Shown here: positions 17,754 to 24,259 of the stretch, one piece after another
Numbering within the stretch: position 1 is the stretch's first letter
How the letters are laid out: each line of letters begins with the position of its first letter
Assembly (NCBI RefSeq): GCF_014280175.1
Contig: NZ_CP047931.1
Span: 540,001 to 572,000 of the forward strand
Length of the DNA: 32,000 nucleotides
DNA from: Synechococcus sp. A15-28
GTDB taxonomy: Bacteria; Cyanobacteriota; Cyanobacteriia; PCC-6307; Cyanobiaceae
Reading direction: 5' to 3'
Made by a program: the position numbers and the translations under genes
The notes under the pieces: generated by a model
Told to the model about the DNA's origin: nothing
The model's input: the letters and a program-made list of their open reading frames with translations, nothing else
Databases searched by the model: none

Positions 17754-18557
17754 TTACCAGAGGTCGGCGTTGAGACCCTCGTTTTCATCATTGCTCTCGG
17801 ATGATGAGTCGTTCTCTTCATCGGCATCGCTGTCAAGGGAATCATCTTCGGGGGTGTCTTTGATGTTGGCCAGGTACCAGCTTTGGCACGCATCAAAACG
17901 TCCCGAGTATGCGATTGTGCCGTTATGAAGAACGATGCCGTCCTGGCAATATTGCTGGAGAACGTTGTAATCCGTATGGGTCATAATCAGAGACTTTCCT
18001 GCAGTTCTCTCCCGCAGGGCCTGTTGGAGCCTCAACAATCGTTCTGATGTTGCATCAGACTTCCAGGCAAAGATCTTGGGGATGATGTAAGTGTCAAAGT
18101 CGAAGGCAAGGGCAACAGCAAGGTAAAACCTTGCCCGCATGAACTTGTTGTACACACGCAGGGGTTTATCGAAGAATCCCTCCTCCAGATCTGCCAGGGT
18201 TTGAATGACCTCGAGATCCCTGTTTCGCTGGCCGCCATGGCCGTACACACCTTGAAGGAAGGCAGCGTTCTGTCGACCCGTTAGTGAGCTCAGTAATCCA
18301 CCACGAACACCGAGTGGCCAACTGACATTGGTGTTGATCGACACCTCACCTTTTTGAACGGATACAACTCCCGCTGCACACTCCAGTAGGGCGTGGGCTT
18401 CACGCATCGATGCAGAGATAACACCAACCCTCTGGCCTTCCATCAGCTGCCAGCTGAGGCCATTCAGCAAGCGTTTGGTTGTTTCTTTGGAGCCGCTGAC
18501 CTCTCGAACCACGCCCTGAAGGTTGAGCAAAGGTCGGGTTGAGGAGGCAATCGTCAT
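17754..18557 (-). CDS. KpsT/TagH-like ABC nucleotide-binding-domain homologue with degenerate catalytic motifs and an acidic C-terminal tail
   Basis: Collinear with capsule/teichoic-type exporter ATPases: VSWPLGVRGGLLSSLTGRQNAAFL, FFDKPLRVYNKFMRARFYLAVALAFDFD, KSLIMTHTDYNVLQQYCQDGIVLHNG. The Walker A position reads VISASMREAH, with no GxxGxGK[ST]. The signature reads YNKFM, not SGG/YSSGM. The Walker B position reads TYIIPK, with no hhhhDE. The C-terminus is DTPEDDSLDSDADEENDSSSESNDENEGLNADLW. The ATG at 18557 is preferred; a TTG lies at 18569. TAA at 17754-17756. Confidence 0.7.
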   Translation of the reverse strand: MTIASSTRPLLNLQGVVREVSGSKETTKRLLNGLSWQLMEGQRVGVISASMREAHALLECAAGVVSVQKGEVSINTNVSWPLGVRGGLLSSLTGRQNAAFLQGVYGHGGQRNRDLEVIQTLADLEEGFFDKPLRVYNKFMRARFYLAVALAFDFDTYIIPKIFAWKSDATSERLLRLQQALRERTAGKSLIMTHTDYNVLQQYCQDGIVLHNGTIAYSGRFDACQSWYLANIKDTPEDDSLDSDADEENDSSSESNDENEGLNADLW

Positions 18558-18572
18558 CCTGGGAAACAACCG

Positions 18573-19658
18573 TTAACCACCGTTGACGGTATCGGCAATC
18601 AACCGATCGCGTAAAGCGGTGAGTTGGCGGGTCTCCTCCTGTTGCTGATCCGACGCAATGGCAGTCGTCACGTTTTCGGGTTGAGCGGGGAAGAGGTCAT
18701 CCCACTGCACGAATGGCCAGAAACACCGGCAGAACTCTGCATTCGAATGTGCGTAACGATCCCGGATGGTTTCCCGAAGCTCGGTGTCCAGACCATCAAA
18801 AGGCTGATTGGGCCATCCCTGCTGTCTGGCCAGGGTTTCGATCGCTGCTCTGAGTGCCTTGTCGTGCTTTCGGAGGATCTTGGGGTTCTGCTCTGTGAGG
18901 TGGGTCCCAATCGCTCGGGCGAGGGCAACCCCAAGGCGTCCTGGTTGCTGATTTTTGGAACGGGCCGGTCGACTTTGTTTTGCAACCTTCGCTGGTAAAG
19001 GCAGCTCCGCGAGCAACTGTTCGTAGGGGTCAGGGCGTGTCTGGATCGATCGGCCGTGGCAGTCCAGCGCAGAACCGAAGGGAATCATCACGGTCTCCAC
19101 TGACACGTGATCCACGAGCCAGCCGAACAACGTCATCAAGTCACATTCACTGATGGTGCTCTCCGTCATCACCCGGGTCACGTAGGACTTGAAATCGCCG
19201 TGAACCGTTAAACGTTTGACCAGCTGGGTGTAGCGGGAGTTGAGGTAACTCTCCTGGTCGCGAATGAAGCCCACAACCTTCAATTTCCATCCATGGGCCT
19301 GCAGCTTTTCGGCCAGCCACAAGCCCCGCGGCTGGGACTTCAGGTTCACTGTTCTTGAAAGGGACCAGGACAGGGCCTCGTGGGAAACGAGCAGATGGCA
19401 GCCTCTGGTTTCGGCTCGGTTGAGCCAACGTCGCCAGGGTTTCCAGCGCCCGTTGGCAAGCGCGTCCAACAGAACACGATCCTGGGGCCGTCGCGCAGGC
19501 ATCAGCAGGCCATGACGTCGCAAAAGTCCGCGGTTTTTGCGGAGTCGCTTCTGGATGTACGTCGAGGCCGTCTTGTGCATGCCGACATGCAGCACCACGG
19601 TCCGCTCGATGGCTGGCTGCGCGGACATGACCGTCTCAGAGAGACTTGGATTCTCCAT
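18573..19658 (-). CDS. Sulfotransferase-fold (P-loop PAPS-binding-like) protein, family unclear
   Basis: VVLHVGMHKTASTYIQKRL resembles a 5'-PSB loop (K-T/S-G/A-S/T-T). GFIRDQESYLNSRYTQLVK resembles a 3'-PB motif (R-D-x...S-x-Y). The ORF-track start at 19838 would overlap the divergent HEAT gene and encodes Arg/Pro-rich junk, so ATG 19658 (MENPSL...) or ATG 19628 (MSAQPAIE...) is preferred. The TAA stop lies 15 nt upstream of the next ATG. Confidence 0.6.
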   Translation of the reverse strand: MENPSLSETVMSAQPAIERTVVLHVGMHKTASTYIQKRLRKNRGLLRRHGLLMPARRPQDRVLLDALANGRWKPWRRWLNRAETRGCHLLVSHEALSWSLSRTVNLKSQPRGLWLAEKLQAHGWKLKVVGFIRDQESYLNSRYTQLVKRLTVHGDFKSYVTRVMTESTISECDLMTLFGWLVDHVSVETVMIPFGSALDCHGRSIQTRPDPYEQLLAELPLPAKVAKQSRPARSKNQQPGRLGVALARAIGTHLTEQNPKILRKHDKALRAAIETLARQQGWPNQPFDGLDTELRETIRDRYAHSNAEFCRCFWPFVQWDDLFPAQPENVTTAIASDQQQEETRQLTALRDRLIADTVNGG

Positions 19659-19702
19659 GATCGAACTGTCGTGGAGACGGACTGTCGACCTACGATCCCA
19701 AC

Positions 19703-20512
19703 ATGAGCGAAAGCGACGCCCGGCAACGTGATCATGGGATGTCCGGACTCTCCGTCGATCCGGATTTACTGGCCGAGGAACTCGCGGCCGAACAGGACAT
19801 CGACCCCCTTGATGCGATCGAGGCCGAAGGGTCTCCATTGGACTCTCAGGGTGTTGCGCGCGCCTGTGATCAAGGTCTGGTCTGGCTCGAGCAGGGTCAT
19901 GACCAGCGTCTTCAGGGGCTGAGAATTTTCTGCGAACACCGTGATCCCCGGGCTGTTCCGCTGCTGCTCAGCCTGTTGACGCGCCCCTGCCCGGTGGAAC
20001 GGATGAGCGCTGTCTATGCCCTCGGCCGCAATCCGTCCCCGCCGGCTGTCGACCCCCTGCTGAGCCTGCTGCAGTCAGACGGCAATGCCTACGTTCGTAA
20101 GGCCACGGCCTGGAGCCTGGGGAATTATCCCGATGCTCCAATTCTCAATCCGTTGATCCGAGCGCTGCAGACCGACGTGCCCGCGGTGCGGATCTGGTGT
20201 CCGGGGTCCCTCGCTGAAGCGGGGAGCCGCTCTCCGGCCAAGGCCGATCCGGCAGCCAGTCAATTGCTGGTCAGCCTGGCCATCGACAGCGAACCTGTGG
20301 TGCGCAGCAATTGCATCTGGGCCCTTGGGCGTCTTTACGAGCAATTGGTTGCTCCCAGGCAGTTGGAGCTGGTGGAGGCGCTTGTGTCGGCTCTGCTCCA
20401 AGACGAGGAAGCGTCGGTGCGGGATGAAGCGCGCACTGCCCTCGAGCAGCTGGAAGATCCAGCCGTTCTTGCTCGGCTGCAGACCTTGATTGATGAAGGT
20501 TTCCTGAGCTGA
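19703..20512 (+). CDS. HEAT-repeat (PBS-lyase HEAT-like repeat) protein
   Basis: Repeated units of the type ERMSAVYALGRNPSPPAVDPLLSLLQSDGNAYVRKATAWSLGNYPDAPILNPLIRALQTD and VVRSNCIWALGRL, ending in ASVRDEARTALEQLEDP. The N-terminus is acidic. Confidence 0.8.
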   Translation: MSESDARQRDHGMSGLSVDPDLLAEELAAEQDIDPLDAIEAEGSPLDSQGVARACDQGLVWLEQGHDQRLQGLRIFCEHRDPRAVPLLLSLLTRPCPVERMSAVYALGRNPSPPAVDPLLSLLQSDGNAYVRKATAWSLGNYPDAPILNPLIRALQTDVPAVRIWCPGSLAEAGSRSPAKADPAASQLLVSLAIDSEPVVRSNCIWALGRLYEQLVAPRQLELVEALVSALLQDEEASVRDEARTALEQLEDPAVLARLQTLIDEGFLS

Positions 20513-20606
20513 TCGCTGCCGCCGGGCTTGTCGACAACCTGTAACGGTCATGGCGACGGTCTCCGCAGACCCCGATTAGCATTCGCGCCTCAGCGCTCCT
20601 TGTTGG

Positions 20607-20810
20607 ATGCCTCAACGCACCGTTCGTTTCACGATTCGACCGGATGGTCGTGTGGAAGAACTGTTGGAAGGTGTGTCCGGAGAGGCGTGTCAACAGCTCA
20701 CTGAGCGTCTGGAAGCTGCCCTAGGAACGGTTGAACGACGGGAATTCACCGCCGAAGCCTTCCAGCAGCCCGAGTTCCAGTCCCAGCCCCTACCGAATCA
20801 CCTGCACTGA
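20607..20810 (+). CDS. DUF2997-like small protein
   Basis: 67 aa. MPQRTVRFTIRPDGRVEELLEGVSGEACQQLTERLEAALG matches my recollection of the DUF2997 family that precedes DUF1257 genes in cyanobacteria. Its stop shares one base with the next start (TGATG). Confidence 0.7.
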   Translation: MPQRTVRFTIRPDGRVEELLEGVSGEACQQLTERLEAALGTVERREFTAEAFQQPEFQSQPLPNHLH

Positions 20811-21202
20811 TGTCGCACTTCAGCACCGTTAAAACCGAACTGCGTCAGCTCGAGCCTCTCGTGCAGGCCCTGGAGGATCTTGGCTTCAAGCCTGATCAAG
20901 GTGAACAACCCGTGCGCGGCTATCGCGGACAGACCGTGACCGCGGATCTCGCCGTTTCAATGGATCATGGTGGTGACCTCGGATTTCGTTGGAACGCCCA
21001 GACCGGCGCCTACGAACTGGTCACTGACCTTGATCTCTGGAAGCAGACCATCCCCGTCGAACGGTTTCTCTCCAAGCTGACCCAGCGCTACGCCCTCAAC
21101 ACGGTCCTCAGGGCCAGCGACTCGGAGGGTTTCCAGGTGGCTGAGCAACAGGTCAAACAGGATGGCTCCATCGAACTCGTGGTGACCCGCTGGGACGCCT
21201 GA
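20810..21202 (+). CDS. DUF1257 (Ycf35-like) protein
   Basis: 130 aa. MSHFSTVKTELRQLEPLVQALEDLGF...YRGQTVTADLAV...LTQRYALNTV is characteristic of cyanobacterial/plastid DUF1257. Confidence 0.8.
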   Translation: MSHFSTVKTELRQLEPLVQALEDLGFKPDQGEQPVRGYRGQTVTADLAVSMDHGGDLGFRWNAQTGAYELVTDLDLWKQTIPVERFLSKLTQRYALNTVLRASDSEGFQVAEQQVKQDGSIELVVTRWDA

Positions 21203-21216
21203 TTCCATCCGATCCG

Positions 21217-21561
21217 ATGGATCCCTCGCTCGCGTTTTCGGCGTCAACCGACCAACCGATCGAACGTTCTGGATGTGAGCCACGGCTAGGGGGGGAGCTT
21301 CGCGAACGAGCGGTTTGGGTGGACGAATCCATCTGCATCGGTTGCCGCTACTGCGCCCACGTTGCGGGGAATACGTTTGTTGTGGAGCCTCATCTCGGTC
21401 GCTCCAGAGCGATTCGTCAGGATGGTGACAGCACGGAATGCATTCAGGAAGCCATCGACACCTGTCCTGTTGATTGCATCCATTGGGTGCCTTTTGAGGA
21501 ACTCGACACGCTGCGCAGCGACCTGATTCGCCAGGATCTGCAACCACGCCCCAGGGGTTGA
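21217..21561 (+). CDS. Single-cluster 4Fe-4S ferredoxin-domain protein
   Basis: CIGCRYCAHVA (CxxCxxC) plus the distal CPVDCIHWV (C-P) gives a bacterial-type 4Fe-4S ligand set. The start is 14 nt after the DUF1257 stop. Its stop shares one base with the next ATG. Confidence 0.8.
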   Translation: MDPSLAFSASTDQPIERSGCEPRLGGELRERAVWVDESICIGCRYCAHVAGNTFVVEPHLGRSRAIRQDGDSTECIQEAIDTCPVDCIHWVPFEELDTLRSDLIRQDLQPRPRG

Positions 21562-22763
21562 TGCCCAACCTGCTCACCCGCCGTTTCGGTCGCACGGAGT
21601 TGTCCATTCCGGTGCTGTCTCTGGGTGGGATGCGTTTTCAACAGAGCTGGACGGATCTGCCCGCAGGCGAGATCAGCTCCGAGTCCCAGTCCAACCTGCA
21701 GGCGACGCTTCAGCGCGCGACGCAACTGGGCTTGCATCACGTCGAGACCGCCCGTCACTACGGCAGCTCAGAGCGCCAGTTGGGGTGGGCCTTGCCGGCA
21801 GCGCCGGATCCGACGCGGATTCTGCAGAGCAAGGTGCCCCCCCGCGAGGACCCGGATGCCTTTGAGGCCGAGCTGGCCCTCAGCTTCGAGCGGCTCGACT
21901 GCCAGCGTCTGGATCTGCTGGCCATTCACGGGATCAACCTGCCGGAGCATCTGGAGCAGACCCTGCGTCCCGGTGGCTGCATGGAGGTGGTGCGGCGGTG
22001 GCAGGCCGATGGGCGCATCGGTCATGTGGGTTTCTCCACCCACGGTCCCACCGACGTGATCGTCGCCAGCTGCGACAGCGGGGCCTTCGATTACATGAAC
22101 GTCCACTGGTACTACATCCGCCAGGACAACGCGCCGGCGTTGGATGCAGCGCAGCGGCAGGACATGGGGGTGTTCATCATCAGTCCCACCGACAAGGGCG
22201 GCCATCTCCACACCCCATCCCAGCGTTTGCTGGAGCTGTGTGACCCGCTGCATCCCATCGTCTTCAACGATCTCTTCTGTCTGCGCGACCCCCGGGTGCA
22301 CACCATCAGCGTTGGAGCGGCCCGACCGTCGGATCTGGATCTGCACCTCGAGGCTGTGGACCGGCTGGACCATGCCGATGGGCTGATTGAGCCGGTGCAT
22401 CGACGTCTGCAACAGGCTGCAGAGGCGGCTCTGGGACAGGCCTGGTTGAACAGCTGGCGCATCGGGCTTCCCCGTTGGCAGGACACGCCTGGAGAGATCA
22501 ACCTTCCCGTGCTGCTCTGGCTGCACAACCTCCTCGAGGCCTGGGATCTGGAGAGTTATGCCCGGGCCCGTTACCGGTTGCTGGGCAGTGGTGGCCATTG
22601 GTTCGCCGGAGCCAATGCCGATGCTCTCGACGAGCGGGTCTCCATCACTGAGCTGGATGCCGTTCTGCAGGCCAGTCCATGGCGACAGCAGATCCCAGAC
22701 ATCCTGCGCGCATTGAAGTCCAGGCTGGCGGGTGAGGCGCAGATGCGTCTCAGCAGCGTCTGA
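21561..22763 (+). CDS. Aldo/keto reductase family oxidoreductase
   Basis: RRFGRTELSIPVLSLGGMRF, HVETARHYGSSERQLG and LDLLAIHGIN are typical AKR N-terminal motifs. The ATG at 21561 is preferred over the TTG at 21558. Confidence 0.85.
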   Translation: MPNLLTRRFGRTELSIPVLSLGGMRFQQSWTDLPAGEISSESQSNLQATLQRATQLGLHHVETARHYGSSERQLGWALPAAPDPTRILQSKVPPREDPDAFEAELALSFERLDCQRLDLLAIHGINLPEHLEQTLRPGGCMEVVRRWQADGRIGHVGFSTHGPTDVIVASCDSGAFDYMNVHWYYIRQDNAPALDAAQRQDMGVFIISPTDKGGHLHTPSQRLLELCDPLHPIVFNDLFCLRDPRVHTISVGAARPSDLDLHLEAVDRLDHADGLIEPVHRRLQQAAEAALGQAWLNSWRIGLPRWQDTPGEINLPVLLWLHNLLEAWDLESYARARYRLLGSGGHWFAGANADALDERVSITELDAVLQASPWRQQIPDILRALKSRLAGEAQMRLSSV

Positions 22764-22764
22764 T

Positions 22765-23496
22765 TCAGTCCCCCAGGGGTTGCCGGCTGGGAACACCCAC
22801 AGCGCGTGGAAATTGGCGGGGACAGGGGCTGACCGGTTGCACTCTGATCAGGTGGCGCACGCCACGCTCCGCCGGGAGCTGGCAGCGCTGGCTGGAGCTC
22901 AGTTGAGATTTGAGCGGTAGGAGTGCGCGTTTCAGCTGATGTTGGTCCGCTTCGCCCCACTGGCCGCGGTACAGCAGAGCATTCCCCTCGGTTTTCAGCA
23001 GCGGCACGAGATATTCCGCCACCACCGGTGCAGCGGCCACCGCCCGCGCCATCGCCAGATCGAAGCCTCCCCGCAGGGTCCTGTCGTGGCCGGCGCTTTC
23101 GATGCGGTCCGTCCGCACGCTGACCCGCTCACGCAGTCCAAGGGCATCCACCATGGCCTGCACGGCAGCGGTCTTGCGGCCAACGGAATCCAGCAGCGTC
23201 ATCCGGGTGCCGGGCATGGCGATGGCCACGGCGAGTCCTGGAAACCCACCCCCGGTGCCCACGTCAATGGCCATTCGGCTCTGATGGGGCGTGCCCAGTT
23301 CTGTTCGCAGCGGCCAGAGGCTGTCGAACACCTGGTTGATCCAGTAGTCGTCCCCCTCCACCAGGCGCGTCAGGTTGACCCGACTGTTCCAACTGCGCAG
23401 CTGATCCTGAAGAGCCTTCAGCTGATCGAGCTGCGAGGGCTCAGGTGTCCAGCCGAGCGCCTCCCAGAACGCGGCTCCTGGCGAGGAGTCGGGCAT
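22765..23496 (-). CDS. rsmG: 16S rRNA (guanine527-N7)-methyltransferase
   Basis: [10 protein letters not shown] and the SAM-binding [17 protein letters not shown], with RsmG/GidB-like length. The ATG at 23496 is preferred; a TTG at 23511 is an alternative. The stop lies 1 nt from the convergent AKR stop. Confidence 0.9.
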   Translation of the reverse strand: MPDSSPGAAFWEALGWTPEPSQLDQLKALQDQLRSWNSRVNLTRLVEGDDYWINQVFDSLWPLRTELGTPHQSRMAIDVGTGGGFPGLAVAIAMPGTRMTLLDSVGRKTAAVQAMVDALGLRERVSVRTDRIESAGHDRTLRGGFDLAMARAVAAAPVVAEYLVPLLKTEGNALLYRGQWGEADQHQLKRALLPLKSQLSSSQRCQLPAERGVRHLIRVQPVSPCPRQFPRAVGVPSRQPLGD

Positions 23497-23522
23497 GGGG
23501 TGCTGCGGCAACTCTCCCTAGG

Positions 23523-24062
23523 ATGGATGACCGGCTGACCCCTGTGTCCGAGCGCGACCTCAGTCACTACGAGCGGTTGGGGGTGTCCGCCCAGGCGTCC
23601 CAGGCCAGCCTCCGGCAGGCCTTCCGCCGACGCAGCAAGGCACTGCATCCCGACACCACCACGCTCCCGGCGACTGAAGCGGCCAGGGACTTCCAGCGGC
23701 TGAAGGAGTCCTATGAGTTCCTCGCCGACCCCGTGCGCCGTCGTCTGTATGACGAGCAACTGCGGCAGCGCTTGCAACCACAGCGATCTCCCGCCCCGCA
23801 GCCCACCGAGGCCGTGGATGGATGGGATGGCATCGGCGAACGCCGCCCCCTCTCGGGGGGAGAGTGGACCGCATTGCTGTTGCTGGCCCTGGCGTTGCTG
23901 CTCAGCCTCATCGTGGGGCTTGGTGTTGCAGGGGTTCAGGGGCGAGCCTGGCAGGTGTCACCCGATTGGTTGTCCGATGTCTCCTCAGCCTCCATCGAAC
24001 ACCCCGTTGAATCAGCACTCCCTGAGGGCGCTGGAGGACTGGCTCAGCAGCCTCAACGCTGA
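23523..24062 (+). CDS. J-domain (DnaJ-like) protein with one predicted transmembrane helix
   Basis: J-domain SHYERLGVSAQASQASLRQAFRRRSKALHPDTT with the HPD tripeptide, then the hydrophobic WTALLLLALALLLSLIVGLGVAG. ATG 23523 is chosen because the ORF-track start at 23445 would overlap rsmG and encodes Arg/Ala-rich junk. Confidence 0.8.
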   Translation: MDDRLTPVSERDLSHYERLGVSAQASQASLRQAFRRRSKALHPDTTTLPATEAARDFQRLKESYEFLADPVRRRLYDEQLRQRLQPQRSPAPQPTEAVDGWDGIGERRPLSGGEWTALLLLALALLLSLIVGLGVAGVQGRAWQVSPDWLSDVSSASIEHPVESALPEGAGGLAQQPQR

Positions 24063-24246
24063 GCGCATCGACGGCGATCCCTGTCGTTGGGCGCTCACCC
24101 GGCCTGACTGGTCTGCTGAGATCCGCCTTGAACGCGAAGACGTTGTGGTGATCTGGCAGCAACCCGGTGCTGAGGAGCGTCGCTGCTCACTGCCCTACGG
24201 CCTCTCCCGTGCTGATGTGACGGCAGCCATTCAGGCCGGACCCTGA
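23977..24246 (+). CDS. DUF3143-like protein (89 aa)
   Basis: MSPQPPSNTPLNQHSLRALEDWLSSLNAERIDGDPCRWALTRPDWSAEIRLEREDVVVIW matches my recollection of the cyanobacterial DUF3143 N-terminus (TPLYNHPLP..E.WL). The ATG at 23977 is the only start that keeps this motif. It overlaps the J-protein ORF by 86 nt in another frame. Confidence 0.65.
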   Translation: MSPQPPSNTPLNQHSLRALEDWLSSLNAERIDGDPCRWALTRPDWSAEIRLEREDVVVIWQQPGAEERRCSLPYGLSRADVTAAIQAGP

Positions 24247-24259
24247 GCCGCAACGGTCG

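Noticed and set aside
15058-19658. Possibility that the accessory stretch is a mobile element or integrative island
   Set aside because: No integrase, transposase, tRNA attachment site, inverted terminal repeats or flanking direct repeats could be found by eye. The central symporter has core-like GC content. I therefore call it compositionally atypical, not mobile.
19659-19838. Upstream 60-codon extension of the sulfotransferase-fold ORF (ORF-track start 19838)
   Set aside because: It would overlap the divergent HEAT-repeat gene start (19703) by more than 130 nt and encodes Arg/Pro-rich sequence. In-frame ATGs at 19658 and 19628 precede the conserved P-loop.
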